64,000 bases of DNA from Myxococcota bacterium (GCA_036149055.1 JAYZQJ010000279.1:1-64000), one strand, 5' to 3'; shown: positions 35,156-45,561, numbered from the stretch's first letter. The notes: generated from the sequence alone by a model not told the origin. A program made the numbers and translations.

Positions 35156-37543
35156 GTGACCGATCTCGCCGACGTCTATCCGCGCCTGCCCGAGCCGCTC
35201 GCCGCGCGCACCCGGCGCCTGGGGCCGCGGCCCGAGGGGAAGCCCGCGTTCGTGGTCTACTGGATGCGGACCGCGGTGCGGGCGCACGAGAACCCGGCGC
35301 TCGACGTGGCCCTCTGGCTCGGCGCCCAGCTCGGGGTGGGCGTGTTCGTGCACCACGGCCTGAGCGAGCGCTATCCGTACGCGTCGGACCGCCACCACAC
35401 GTTCATCCTCCAGGGCGCGCGCGACGTGCGCGAGCAGCTCCGCGCGCGGGGCGTGGGCTACGCGTTCCATCTCGAGCGCGAGGGTCACCGCGGCCCGGTG
35501 CTGGTGGAGCTGGCGCGGGCGGCCGGCGTGGTCGTGACCGAGGACATGCCGGTGCCGCCGCTCACCGGGTGGACGGGCGCGCTGGCGCGGCGGGCCGAGG
35601 TGCCGGTGCTGTTGGTGGACACCGCGTGCGTCGCGCCGATGAAGGCGACGCGCTCGGCGCCGAAGCGCGCGTTCGCGTTCCGGAAGGCGACGCAGCCGCT
35701 CTGGGACGCGGCGCTGCGGGCGCCCTGGCGCGAGCAGCCGGATCCGCCGCGCCCGTTCGTGCCCGACCTCCCGTACGCGCCCACCGATCTCGACGCGCCG
35801 CTCCCCCGGCTGGTGGCCGAGTGCGACGTCGATCACCTCGTGGGCCCGGTGCCGGACACGCCCGGCGGGACGACGGCGGGCTACGCGCGCTGGGACGCGT
35901 TCCGCGAGCGCGGGCTGAGGCGCTACGCGAAGGACCGGAACGACCCCAACCGAGCCGGCGTGAGCCGCATGAGCGCCTACCTCCACTACGGCATGGTCTC
36001 GCCGCTCCGGCTCGCTCGGGAGGCGCACGCCGCCGGCGCCGACAAGTACCTCGACGAGCTGCTGACCTGGCGCGAGCTCGCCCACTGCTGGTGCTTTCAC
36101 CAGGACGATCCCGGCGCGCTCGAGACGCTGCCCGGCTGGGCGCAGGAGACCCTCGCCGAGCACGCGGGCGACGCGCGCGAGCCGCGCTCCTGGGAGACGC
36201 TCGCCCGGGCCCGGAGCGGCGTGCCCCTGTGGGACGCGGCGCAGCGCTCGCTGCTCGTGCACGGTGAGCTGCACAACAACGTGCGCATGACCTGGGGCAA
36301 GGCGATCCCCGGCTGGACCGAGAGCCCCGCGCGCGCCCTCGAGACGTTGATCGACCTGAACCACCGCTACGCGCTCGACGGCCGGGATCCGGCCTCGTAC
36401 GGCGGGCTGCTCTGGTGCCTGGGGCTCTTCGATCGGCCCTTCGAGGAGACGCCGATCCTCGGCAAGGTGCGCGGGCGCTCGATCGCGCACCACGCCAGCC
36501 GCCTCGACGTGGCCCGCTACGCGACCGAGATGTCGCGGCCGTTCGCGGCCGACCCGCCGCGGGTGGCGGTGATCGGGGCGGGGATCGCCGGGCTCGTCTG
36601 CGCGCGGGCGCTCGCGGATCACGGGCTGAAGGTCACCGTGTTCGAGAAGGCGCGGGGTCCCGGCGGGCGCACCTCGACGCGGCGGCGAGACGCGGCGCGC
36701 TTCGATCACGGCGCGCAGTACTTCACCGCGCGTGATCCGGTCTTCGCGCGCTACGTCGAGAGCTGGGCGCGCGACGGCGTGGTCGCGCCCTGGGACGCGC
36801 GCTTCGTCACCCTGAAGGGCGGCGACGTCATCCCCGACGAGCGCGAGGCGCCGCGCTGGGTGGCCACGCCGAAGATGAGCGCCCTCGCCGCCCACCTCGC
36901 GTCCGATCTCCAGGTCCGCTACGAGACCCGGGTGACGGCGATCCATCGCGACGGCTCGCTCGAATCGGACGGCGGTGAGCTCGGCCGCTTCGACCAGGTC
37001 CTCGTCTCCGCGCCCGCGCCGCAGGCCGCCGCGCTCCTCGCGGACACGCCGCTCGCGGCCCGGCTCGAGCGCATCCGCCTCGCCCCCTGCTGGGCGGTCA
37101 TGCTGCGCCTCGCGGAGCCGCTCGATCCGGGCTGGGACGCGGCCCGCGTGGAGGGCGCGTCGCTGTCCTGGATCGCGCGGGACGCGAGCAAGCCGGGGCG
37201 CGGTGGCGCCGAGACCTGGGTGGCGCACGGCAGCCCCGAGCACGCGGCGGCGCACCTCGAGGGCGCGCCGGAGGCCATCGCGCGCCAGCTGGAGGACGAG
37301 TTTCGATCCCTCACCGGCGCGCCCCCGGCGCTGGAGGCCATCGCGCACCGCTGGCGCTACGCGCGGGTCATCGAGGCGCTCGGAGAGCCCTGCCTCCATG
37401 ACGCGGAGCTCGGCCGGGGGGCGTGCGGCGACGGCTTCCTCGGCGCGAAGATCGAGGCCGCGTTCCGGAGCGGCGCGGCGCTCGCCGGGCGCGTGCTGGG
37501 CGAGATCGGAAAACGAAGCGACGCGGAGCGACCCAGCGCGTGA
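35156..37543 (+). CDS. Class II CPD-photolyase-like domain fused to renalase-like FAD oxidoreductase
   Basis: VVYWMR, SRMSAYLHYG, LDELLTWRELA, ELHNNVRMTWGK, YALDGRDP; then VIGAGIAG, EKARGPGGR, FDHGAQYFTAR, WRYA, CGD. Confidence 0.85.
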   Translation: MTDLADVYPRLPEPLAARTRRLGPRPEGKPAFVVYWMRTAVRAHENPALDVALWLGAQLGVGVFVHHGLSERYPYASDRHHTFILQGARDVREQLRARGVGYAFHLEREGHRGPVLVELARAAGVVVTEDMPVPPLTGWTGALARRAEVPVLLVDTACVAPMKATRSAPKRAFAFRKATQPLWDAALRAPWREQPDPPRPFVPDLPYAPTDLDAPLPRLVAECDVDHLVGPVPDTPGGTTAGYARWDAFRERGLRRYAKDRNDPNRAGVSRMSAYLHYGMVSPLRLAREAHAAGADKYLDELLTWRELAHCWCFHQDDPGALETLPGWAQETLAEHAGDAREPRSWETLARARSGVPLWDAAQRSLLVHGELHNNVRMTWGKAIPGWTESPARALETLIDLNHRYALDGRDPASYGGLLWCLGLFDRPFEETPILGKVRGRSIAHHASRLDVARYATEMSRPFAADPPRVAVIGAGIAGLVCARALADHGLKVTVFEKARGPGGRTSTRRRDAARFDHGAQYFTARDPVFARYVESWARDGVVAPWDARFVTLKGGDVIPDEREAPRWVATPKMSALAAHLASDLQVRYETRVTAIHRDGSLESDGGELGRFDQVLVSAPAPQAAALLADTPLAARLERIRLAPCWAVMLRLAEPLDPGWDAARVEGASLSWIARDASKPGRGGAETWVAHGSPEHAAAHLEGAPEAIARQLEDEFRSLTGAPPALEAIAHRWRYARVIEALGEPCLHDAELGRGACGDGFLGAKIEAAFRSGAALAGRVLGEIGKRSDAERPSA

Positions 37544-38604
37544 CCCGCTGGCTGATCCCCATCTCCGCCCTGCTCGCCCTGACCGGCTGCTACGCGTCGC
37601 ACGGCGTGCTCGAGGACTTCGAGTGCCCGGAGGGCGAGCCCGACGCGCCGGAGGACGTGCCCCCCGTCGACCTGCTCTTCGTGGTCGACGACTCGGAGTC
37701 CATGGAGGAGGAGCAGGAGGCGCTGCGGCTCGCCTTCGACGACCTCCTCCGCTGGCTCGTCACCGGCGACGTGGGCGACGACGGGATCGCGGACTTCCCG
37801 GCCATCGCGGATCTCCACGTCGGCGTGGTCACCACCGATCTGGGCGTGCCCATCGGGAGCAGCTGCGGACGAGGCGCGCCCGGCGGGGCCCTCCGCGGGA
37901 CGGAGTGCGGCGGCCCTCCCGCCTACGTGGCCGTCGACCCGATGTCGCCGGACGCCTCGGTCGAGCGCTTCGCCTGCGCCGCCTCCGTCGGCACCTCGGG
38001 GTGCGCGGTCGAGCAGCCGCTCGAGGCGGCGCTCCTGGCGACGAACGACGAGGTCGACGGGGCGGCGATGCCGGAGCTGGTCGGCCAGGCGGGGCGCACC
38101 AACCGCGGGTTCCTGAGGCCGGGCTCGGTGCGCATCGTGGTGATCGTCACCGACGAGGACGACGCGTCGATCGCCGATCCCGTGTTCTATCGGGAGACCA
38201 TCCCCGGCGGTCCGGCGGCGCGGGCCCGGGCCGAGGCGGCCGCCGCTCACCCGATCGCGAGGTACGTGGAGGCCTTCACGCGCATGGGCGCGGAGGGCGG
38301 CGGGTTCGGCCTGGAGATCGTGGCCGGCGTCCCGCCCGAGCTCGTGGGGAGCGCCCCCACCGCCATCCTCTCGCACCCGCGCATGCAGCGCCGCTACGCG
38401 CCGACCAGCCTCACCGGGATCGAGAGCAGCTGCCGCAGCGACCGCGGCGTCGCCTACCCGCCCCGGCGCCTGGTCGAGGCCGCCGGCGAGCTCGGAGAGC
38501 GCGCGTCGATCCACTCGCTCTGCGAGGCGGACTTCGGCGCGGTCGCGGTGGGCATCGCCGACCACGTCGGCGCGATCGTGCGCCGCGCGACCTGCGAGCG
38601 TTGA
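37540..38604 (+). CDS. VWA-like lipoprotein (myxobacterial type)
   Basis: LALTGC lipobox, VDLLFVVDDSESM.EEQ, LHVGVVTTDLG, GFLRP, IVTDEDDAS. Confidence 0.78.
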   Translation: MTRWLIPISALLALTGCYASHGVLEDFECPEGEPDAPEDVPPVDLLFVVDDSESMEEEQEALRLAFDDLLRWLVTGDVGDDGIADFPAIADLHVGVVTTDLGVPIGSSCGRGAPGGALRGTECGGPPAYVAVDPMSPDASVERFACAASVGTSGCAVEQPLEAALLATNDEVDGAAMPELVGQAGRTNRGFLRPGSVRIVVIVTDEDDASIADPVFYRETIPGGPAARARAEAAAAHPIARYVEAFTRMGAEGGGFGLEIVAGVPPELVGSAPTAILSHPRMQRRYAPTSLTGIESSCRSDRGVAYPPRRLVEAAGELGERASIHSLCEADFGAVAVGIADHVGAIVRRATCER

Positions 38605-38610
38605 AACGGA

Positions 38611-38643
38611 GAAGGGCCGACGCGCTCTCCGCGTCGGCCCTTC
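38611..38643. terminator. Bidirectional hairpin terminator
   Basis: Perfect 14-bp stem GAAGGGCCGACGCG/CGCGTCGGCCCTTC between convergent genes. Confidence 0.7.
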
Positions 38644-38681
38644 GTCTCGCCGGTGGCGAGCTCCGGTCTAGCCCGGGCTGC

Positions 38682-39647
38682 TCACTCGCCGCAGCTCGGT
38701 CCGTCGGAGCGGAGCGGGCTGACGTTGAGGATGCTGATGGTGTCCTCGCCGACCACGATGCTCTCGCAGCCGATGAGCTCCTGCGAGCCGCCCTCGGAGA
38801 CGGTGCCGTACACACCGATCTGGACGGTGTTGTTGGTGGGCAGCGGCACGTTGCCGACGCCGTAGAGGCCGCTCTGCGAGCTCTCGGTGGCGCGGGCGTC
38901 CGGCAGCGAGCCGGCGTCGTTGAAGTAGAAGGCCTTGGTGTCGGTGTTGAACGGGATCTGGCCGCTGTCGTCGAAGAGGCGGATCTGCGCGTTCACGAGC
39001 GGGCGACCCTGGCAGTCGACGGCGGTGCCGGTGACGGCGCCGTTCATCGGGTCCTGCGAGATGCCGGCGATGCCGAGGAAGCCGCCGACGAGGCTCTCGG
39101 CGACCGCGATGAGGCCGGCCATGCCGCCGTCCTCGGGGGTCGGCTCGTTCATCTGGATGACGTTGACGAAGTCGGCGTCGGTGCCGGTGGTGGTGGTGCC
39201 CATGCCCGCGACGACGCGGTAGCCGAACCACGCGTCCGCCGAGCCCATGAGCTCGGCCATGCCCGCGGCGTCGGTGGTCACCGAGACGCAGGGGGCGTCA
39301 CAGGCCACGTCGGCGCTCGGCGCGTTGTTCGGGAAGTAGTGGATCTCGAGCCCGCCCACGAGCCCCTCCCCGCCGAAGTTGGCGAGGGCGGCGTTGAAGG
39401 TGGAGGCGCCGCTGCCGGTCGGCGCGGTCGCCGTCCCGCGGCAGGAGAGGTCGGCCTCGACCTCGTCGGTGCCGTCGAAGGCCATGACCACCGGGGTGCT
39501 CGGACCCGGGCCGCTGTCTTCCATCGTCATGCTGCCGTCGTCACCGCCGATGCCGGAGTCCTCCGGGTCGGTGCCGCCGTCGTCGCACGCCGTCAGCCCC
39601 AGCCCGAGGGCGAGGGCGCATCCCAAGATCAACCAAGTGCGCTTCAT
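38682..39647 (-). CDS. Lipoprotein with probable carboxypeptidase-regulatory-like (beta-sandwich) domains
   Basis: LGLTAC lipobox; GAVTGTAVDCQGRPLVNAQI...SGLYGVGNVP. Confidence 0.7.
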   Translation of the reverse strand: MKRTWLILGCALALGLGLTACDDGGTDPEDSGIGGDDGSMTMEDSGPGPSTPVVMAFDGTDEVEADLSCRGTATAPTGSGASTFNAALANFGGEGLVGGLEIHYFPNNAPSADVACDAPCVSVTTDAAGMAELMGSADAWFGYRVVAGMGTTTTGTDADFVNVIQMNEPTPEDGGMAGLIAVAESLVGGFLGIAGISQDPMNGAVTGTAVDCQGRPLVNAQIRLFDDSGQIPFNTDTKAFYFNDAGSLPDARATESSQSGLYGVGNVPLPTNNTVQIGVYGTVSEGGSQELIGCESIVVGEDTISILNVSPLRSDGPSCGE

Positions 39648-39793
39648 ACCAATGGCTCCATCCTGCCCGCACCTGCGGGCCGTTGGCTTCCCCCACGGGA
39701 GGATGGACCACCATCCCCCCGACTTGCCTCGTGCGTTCTGCTACTCCCGTGCCCCCCGACCGTCAAGCGAACGACAAAGAGGCGATCCCGCGC

Positions 39794-39821
39794 TTGACGC
39801 CCGAGGTGGCCCTGACATACT
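39794..39821 (+). promoter_or_regulatory. sigma70 promoter of rpsO-pnp
   Basis: TTGACG-N16-CATACT with extended -10 TG. Confidence 0.6.
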
Positions 39822-39961
39822 GCGCCGACTCAGCGCCAGCTGTCATTCAGGCCCTGCGGAATCATTGGGGAAAGTCCCCGGATCAGTGAGGCGCTCCGGC
39901 ATCCAGGAGCGCGCTCGGAGCAGCGGTCACACCCTTCGGATGCGATGGACAGGCATTTTCC

Positions 39962-40231
39962 ATGGCGATGACCCAGGATCGTAAGTCGGAGCTCATCGAG
40001 CAGTTCCGCACCCACGACGGCGACACCGGCTCCCCCGAGGTCCAGATCGCGCTCCTCACCGAGCGGATCGGCTACCTCACGGAGCACTTCCAGACCCACA
40101 AGAAGGACCACCACTCGCGCCGTGGTCTTCTGCAGCTGGTCAGCCAGCGCCGCCGTCTCCTCGACTACCTGCGGCGCAAGGACGTCGAGCGCTACCGCAA
40201 GGTGATCACCGCGCTCGGTATCCGGAAGTGA
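39962..40231 (+). CDS. rpsO: 30S ribosomal protein S15
   Basis: [44 protein letters not shown]. Confidence 0.98.
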   Translation: MAMTQDRKSELIEQFRTHDGDTGSPEVQIALLTERIGYLTEHFQTHKKDHHSRRGLLQLVSQRRRLLDYLRRKDVERYRKVITALGIRK

Positions 40232-40270
40232 GCCCGAGCATGCTCGCTCACCCCTGAATCTTCCCACGAG

Positions 40271-40306
40271 AGGCCGTCGCCGTCAGGCGTCGGCCTTTCG
40301 TGTTTC
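40271..40306 (+). terminator. Terminator/attenuator between rpsO and pnp
   Basis: AGGCCG.CGCC-gtca-GGCG.CGGCCT followed by TTCGTGTTTC. Confidence 0.6.
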
Positions 40307-40492
40307 TTGGACCGAAACTGACAATCTGAATCGCCGAAAGCCGTCCGCGCGGCATCATCGGGTTTCGTTCGGACTTCGATTCGAGCCGCGAGAGCGCCCC
40401 TCTCGCCGTTGGAACCGAGGACCGAGCCCAGCCCCAGCGCCGGCGGACGCCAGGCAATGTGCCCCCTCGCGGGGGACGAGGAGCTGAAGCTC

Positions 40493-42970
40493 ATGATCAT
40501 TCGTGAAGACGTCAAAGTGGGTGACAAGACGGTCACCCTCGAGACGGGTCGGATCGCCAAGCAGGCGGCCGGCTCCGTGCTCGTGACCTGTGGCGAGAGC
40601 GTGGTGCTGGTCACCGTCTGCGGCGCGGACGGACGCCCCGGCATCGACTTCCTCCCGCTCAGCGTGGACTACATGGAGAAGACCTACGCCGCGGGCAAGA
40701 TCCCGGGCGGCTTCTTCAAGCGTGAGGGTCGCCTCCGCAGCCACGAGATCCTCACCTCGCGGCTCATCGACCGCCCGTGCCGCCCGCTCTTCCCCGACGG
40801 GTACCGCAACGAGGTCCAGATCGTCGCGACCGTGCTCAGCCACGACCAGGAGAACAACACCGACGTGCTGGCGCTCCTCGGGGCGTCGGCCGCGCTGCAC
40901 ATCTCGGAGATCCCGTGGGCCGGCCCCATCGGCGGCCTCCGCGTCGGCCGCGTGAACGGCGAGTGGGTCGCCAACCCCACCCTCGCCGAGGTCGCCGAGA
41001 GCGACTGCGAGCTCATCATCGCCGCGACCAAGGACGCCATCGTCATGGTCGAGGGCGAGTGTGAGGAGCTCTCCGAGGACGAGCTCGTCGACGCGCTCTG
41101 GTTCGGCAAGGACGCCATCCAGCCGGCGATCGGCCTCATCGAGGAGATGCGCTCCGCGGTGGGCAAGGAGAAGATCGCGTTCGAGCCGCCGGTCCGTCCG
41201 GAGGACATCGACGCCGCGGTCAAGGACTTCGCCCTCGAGATGGTCAAGGAGGCCTGCAACCTCGCCATCAAGCACGAGCGCTACGGCCGCTTCAAGGAGA
41301 TCAAGAAGGAGGTCGCCGCGCACTTCGAGGAGAAGTGGCCGGAGCAGATCGGCGACGTCAAGAAGGCCTTCGAGCAGCTGAAGTACGACACCATGCGCGC
41401 GCAGGTGCTCGACGAGAAGCGCCGGGTCGACGGCCGCGACTTCAAGACGGTCCGCCCGATCTCGATCGAGGTCGGCATCCTCCCCCGCGTGCACGGCTCG
41501 ACGCTGTTCACCCGCGGTGAGACGCAGTCGATCGTGACGACCACCCTCGGCACCGCGGCGGACGAGCAGAAGCTCGACCTGCTGACCGGCTTCGAGTGGA
41601 ACCGCTTCATGCTGCACTACAACTTCCCGCCCTACTCGGTCGGTGAGGTGAAGTTCCTGCGTGGGCCCGGTCGCCGCGAGATCGGCCACGGCACCCTCGC
41701 GGAGCGCGCGCTCAAGAAGATGGTCCCCTCGAAGGAGGACTTCCCCTACACGCTCCGCATCGTCTCGGAGATCACCGAGTCGAACGGCTCGTCGTCGATG
41801 GCCACCGTCTGCGGCGGCGCGCTCTCGATGATGGACGCGGGCGTGCCGATCGCGAAGCCGGTCGCGGGCGTCGCGATGGGCCTCATCTCGGACGGCGAGC
41901 GCCACGCGGTGCTGACCGACATCCTCGGCGACGAGGACCACCTCGGCGACATGGACTTCAAGGTCTGCGGTTCGAAGAACGGCATCACCGCGATCCAGAT
42001 GGACATCAAGATCTCCGGCTTGAGCAAGGAGATCATGAGCCAGGCGCTCGAGCAGGCGAAGGAGGCGCGCCTCCACATCCTCGACAAGATGCTCCAGGCC
42101 ATCCCCGCCCCGCGCGAGGAGCTGAGCAAGTACGCGCCGCGCATCACCTCGGTGAAGGTCAAGCCCGACCAGATCCGTCTCATCATCGGCCCCGGCGGGA
42201 AGATGATCCGCGCGATCACCGAGCAGACCGGCGCGCAGATCGACGTCGAGGACGACGGCACCGTCAACGTGGCGTCGTCGGACAGCGAGGCGGTCGCCAA
42301 GGCGCTCGAGCTCATCCGCGGCCTCACCGAAGAGGCCGAGATCGGCAAGACCTACAAGGGCGTGGTCAAGCGCGTCGAGCCCTACGGCGCGTTCCTCGAG
42401 ATCATGCCCGGCACCGACGGCCTCTGTCACATCTCGGACTTCGCGTGGGAGCACGTGGAGAAGACCGAGGACATCATGAAGCTCGGTGACACCATCGAGG
42501 TCCAGGTCACCGACATCGACGACCAGGGTCGCGTGCGCCTCAGCCGCAAGGTGCTCCTCGAGAAGCCCGAGGGCTGGGAGGAGCGCGAGCCGGAGCGGCG
42601 TGAGAGCCGTGGGCGCGGCGGACGCGGCGGCGGCGGCGGACGTGACCGGGACCGCGATCGCGGCGGGCGCGGCGGACGCGGCGGCCGGGACCGGGATCGC
42701 GGGCGCGGCCGGGATCGCGACCGTGACCGGGATCGCGACCGCGACCGGGATCGCGACCGTGATCGGGATCGCGACCGCGGCGAGCGCTCCGAGCGTGGCG
42801 AGCGCAGCGAGCGCTCCGAGCGTGGCGAGCGCAGCGAGCGCTCCGAGCGTGGCGAGCGCTCCGAGCGGAGCGAGGGCGGCGAGGGTGACGGTGAGGGCGG
42901 TCGCCGCCGTCGTCGTCGTCGTCGCCGGAGCGACGAGGGCGGCTCGAACGAGAGCACCGAGTCGCAGTAG
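40493..42970 (+). CDS. pnp: Polyribonucleotide nucleotidyltransferase with long charged C-terminal tail
   Basis: [57 protein letters not shown] and S1 domains; follows rpsO. Confidence 0.97.
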   Translation: MIIREDVKVGDKTVTLETGRIAKQAAGSVLVTCGESVVLVTVCGADGRPGIDFLPLSVDYMEKTYAAGKIPGGFFKREGRLRSHEILTSRLIDRPCRPLFPDGYRNEVQIVATVLSHDQENNTDVLALLGASAALHISEIPWAGPIGGLRVGRVNGEWVANPTLAEVAESDCELIIAATKDAIVMVEGECEELSEDELVDALWFGKDAIQPAIGLIEEMRSAVGKEKIAFEPPVRPEDIDAAVKDFALEMVKEACNLAIKHERYGRFKEIKKEVAAHFEEKWPEQIGDVKKAFEQLKYDTMRAQVLDEKRRVDGRDFKTVRPISIEVGILPRVHGSTLFTRGETQSIVTTTLGTAADEQKLDLLTGFEWNRFMLHYNFPPYSVGEVKFLRGPGRREIGHGTLAERALKKMVPSKEDFPYTLRIVSEITESNGSSSMATVCGGALSMMDAGVPIAKPVAGVAMGLISDGERHAVLTDILGDEDHLGDMDFKVCGSKNGITAIQMDIKISGLSKEIMSQALEQAKEARLHILDKMLQAIPAPREELSKYAPRITSVKVKPDQIRLIIGPGGKMIRAITEQTGAQIDVEDDGTVNVASSDSEAVAKALELIRGLTEEAEIGKTYKGVVKRVEPYGAFLEIMPGTDGLCHISDFAWEHVEKTEDIMKLGDTIEVQVTDIDDQGRVRLSRKVLLEKPEGWEEREPERRESRGRGGRGGGGGRDRDRDRGGRGGRGGRDRDRGRGRDRDRDRDRDRDRDRDRDRDRDRGERSERGERSERSERGERSERSERGERSERSEGGEGDGEGGRRRRRRRRRSDEGGSNESTESQ
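42690..42870 (+). repeat. Coding tandem repeats (RD)n and (ERSERG/ERS)n in the PNPase tail
   Basis: 6-bp CG[GCT]GA[CT] units followed by repeated GAGCGCTCCGAGCGTGGC units. Confidence 0.85.
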
Positions 42971-42995
42971 CCACGAGGCCATCTCTGGCCCACCT

Positions 42996-43029
42996 CGCGG
43001 GCGCGTTCTCTTCGGAGGGCGCGCCCGCG
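42996..43029 (+). terminator. Stable hairpin with cUUCGg tetraloop after pnp
   Basis: CGCGGGCGCGTTCTC-TTCG-GAGGGCGCGCCCGCG. Confidence 0.6.
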
Positions 43030-43053
43030 CGCGTTCCGTCATACTCGGCGCCC

Positions 43054-43494
43054 ATGCCGACGCTCCGCCTCCGCCGCCTGCGCCCCGACGCCCGCCTCCC
43101 TCGCTACGAGACCGAGGGCGCCGCCGGCCTCGACCTCTCGGCCGCGCTCGACGCGCCCCTCGTGCTCGGCCCGGGGGATCGGGCGGCGGTGCCGACGGGG
43201 CTCGCGCTCGGGCTGCCCGCGGGTCACGAGGGTCAGGTCCGGCCCCGGAGCGGGCTCGCCGCGCGCCACGGGGTGACCGTGGTGAACGCGCCGGGGACCA
43301 TCGACGAGGACTACCGCGGCGAGGTGAAGGTGCTGCTGGTGAACCTCGGCGACGCGCCCCACACCATCCAGAGCGGCGATCGCATCGCGCAGCTGGTGGT
43401 CGCGCCGGTCACGCGGGTGGCGCTCGAGGAGGTCGCGGAGCTCGACGAGACGGCCCGCGGCGCGGGGGGGTTCGGTAGCACCGGAGCGCGGTGA
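43054..43494 (+). CDS. dut: dUTP diphosphatase
   Basis: [44 protein letters not shown]. Confidence 0.97.
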   Translation: MPTLRLRRLRPDARLPRYETEGAAGLDLSAALDAPLVLGPGDRAAVPTGLALGLPAGHEGQVRPRSGLAARHGVTVVNAPGTIDEDYRGEVKVLLVNLGDAPHTIQSGDRIAQLVVAPVTRVALEEVAELDETARGAGGFGSTGAR

Positions 43495-43530
43495 TACCCT
43501 GACGGATAACCGCAGCTGCATTGCACGGGT

Positions 43531-45486
43531 GTGGCCTTCGGGGCACAACCTCCACCTTCCTCGATGTCCACCGACGCCACGCAGGTCTCCGGCTCCCCTC
43601 TCGCGGGGGAAGGCCCCCGCCCGGGAGACGTCCTCGCCGAGCGCTACGAGCTGCTCGAGCTGATCGACCTCGAGGGACCGACGCACGGCTACCGCGCGCT
43701 CGACCAGGAGACCGAGCGGGTCGTCCTGGTGCGCATCCTGGCTGGCGCCGGCCTGCACACCGACGAGTGCGACGCGGTGGTGGACCGGCTGCAGGGCATG
43801 CTCGGGGTCGGCGGGCGCTACCTCTCGTCGCTGCTCGACGCGGATCGGGAGCGACGCTCGCCGTTCACCGTGGAGGGCTGGCCGCCCGGGACGCAGCTCT
43901 CGGCGATCCTCGACGGGCGGCGGGGCAAGGGGCAGCTGCTCGGGGCCCGGGAGGCGCTCCCGGTGGTGGCTCGCCTCGACGCCGCGCTCGCCGCCCTGCC
44001 GGAGGGCTGGCCGCACGGCGACGTGCGACCGGAGCGGGTGTGGCTCGACGCGGACGGGCTCCGGCTCACCGGCGCCTACCTGCTGACCGCGCTGCCCCAC
44101 GACGAGCTGACCAACCGGGTGGCCGATCTCGGGCCCGGCGCCCTCGCCTACCCGCCGGAGCTCGCCGAGAAGGCCGGGCGCCCGAGCCCGGCGTCCGACC
44201 GGTGGGGGGTGGCCTCGATCGCGTGGGAGGCGCTGACCGGGCGCTCGGTGGACCCCGACTCGAGCACCCCCGAGATCTCCGCCGGGCTGCGCGAGGCGCT
44301 GCTCGGCCTGCTCCGCCCGAGCCCCGAGGCGCGCGAGGCGACGCTGCGCCCGCTGCTCCAGGCGCTCGCCGACGAGGCCCGGATGCAGGTCCCCGAGATC
44401 GACCCGGAGGTCCACCGACCGCCGACCGCGCGCATCTCGCCCCGGGAGCGCCGCGCCCCGCGGCCGCGGGTGATCGCGGGGGCGGCGGCGGAGGGCACCC
44501 AGGAGGTCAGCTTCGACCAGATCCTGGAGGAGCGGCCCGCGCCGAAGCCGCGCAAGATCCCGGGCGCCGCCGCCGAGGGCACCCAGGAGATCGCCTTCGA
44601 CCAGATCGAGGAGCTGCCGCTCGACGAGCACGCCGACTCCCTCGACCCGCGTTTGGTCCGGGCGGCGCTCGACGTCCAGATGGACAGCGTCGACGCCCCC
44701 TCCCCCGACGACACCGCCAAGCACGCCTCGCTCTCCGGCGAGTCCATCCCCGACGCGGACAGCATCGACCCCCGCCTCCTCCGGGCCGCGCTCGGTGTGG
44801 AGATGGACAGCGTCCAGATGGACAGCGTCGACAGCGCCGAGATCTCCCAGGACGGGCTCGACCCGCGGCTGGTCCGCGCCGCGCTCGGCGTCCAGATGGA
44901 CAGCGTCGACTCGCTCGAGGCGGAGCTCGACGAGCTGCCCTCCGAGGAGCTCGAGCTCGTCGAGCCGGAGAAGCCGGCCGCCCGACCCCTCCCCGCCCCC
45001 AACCCCAAGCCCAAGCCCGCCGCCACGCCGGCCCCGCGGGCCATGCCGGCCCCCAAGCCCATGCCGGCCCCCAAGCCCATGCCGGCCCCCAAGCCCACGC
45101 CGGCCCCCAGAGCCATGCCCGCGCCCAAGCCCATGCCGGCGCCCAAGCCAATGCCCGAGCCCGCGCCGGCGCCCCGGCCGCAGGCGGCGAGCGCGCCTCA
45201 GCCGACCACGCCGGCGCCCCGGCCGATGCCCGCTCCGGCGGCCGCCGTGCCCGCGCAGCTGGACACGCCGCGGCCGAGCGGGACCGCGGTGGTGGCGCGC
45301 GGGGCGGTCCAGGGCACGCCCAAGAAGAAGTCCGCCGCCGGCCTCCTGATCGTGATCGGCGCGCTCGTGCTCGCGATCGCGATCGTGGGCCTCGGCTTCC
45401 TCATCGCCAGCCATCGGCGCGACGAGGCGGCCCGCCAGCGGCAGATCGAGGAGCGCCTCGAGCAGCTCCGCGTCCCGCAGGAATGA
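43531..45486 (+). CDS. Degenerate Ser/Thr-kinase-like (pseudokinase) protein with internal repeats and C-terminal TM
   Basis: VLAERYELLELI, YRALD, HGDVRPERV, LAYPPE, SDRWGVA; lacks Gly-loop, VAxK Lys and DFG; TM LLIVIGALVLAIAIVGLGFLI; start uncertain. Confidence 0.7.
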   Translation: MAFGAQPPPSSMSTDATQVSGSPLAGEGPRPGDVLAERYELLELIDLEGPTHGYRALDQETERVVLVRILAGAGLHTDECDAVVDRLQGMLGVGGRYLSSLLDADRERRSPFTVEGWPPGTQLSAILDGRRGKGQLLGAREALPVVARLDAALAALPEGWPHGDVRPERVWLDADGLRLTGAYLLTALPHDELTNRVADLGPGALAYPPELAEKAGRPSPASDRWGVASIAWEALTGRSVDPDSSTPEISAGLREALLGLLRPSPEAREATLRPLLQALADEARMQVPEIDPEVHRPPTARISPRERRAPRPRVIAGAAAEGTQEVSFDQILEERPAPKPRKIPGAAAEGTQEIAFDQIEELPLDEHADSLDPRLVRAALDVQMDSVDAPSPDDTAKHASLSGESIPDADSIDPRLLRAALGVEMDSVQMDSVDSAEISQDGLDPRLVRAALGVQMDSVDSLEAELDELPSEELELVEPEKPAARPLPAPNPKPKPAATPAPRAMPAPKPMPAPKPMPAPKPTPAPRAMPAPKPMPAPKPMPEPAPAPRPQAASAPQPTTPAPRPMPAPAAAVPAQLDTPRPSGTAVVARGAVQGTPKKKSAAGLLIVIGALVLAIAIVGLGFLIASHRRDEAARQRQIEERLEQLRVPQE

Positions 45487-45534
45487 ACAGCGCCCCGCGC
45501 GGCGACGAGGCCGGCAGGGCGAGGCTCGATCGAA

Positions 45535-45555
45535 GGCGCTCCCCGAGGGAGCGCC
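45535..45555. terminator. Hairpin between convergent genes
   Basis: GGCGCTCCC-cga-GGGAGCGCC. Confidence 0.45.
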
Positions 45556-45561
45556 GCTCGA

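Noticed and set aside
42690..42870. Short tandem repeats as a possible CRISPR or VNTR element
   Set aside because: In-frame coding repeats with no unique spacers, and no cas genes in the window.
45030..45160. 18-bp tandem repeat
   Set aside because: Encodes the PAPKPM linker of the pseudokinase; not an independent element.
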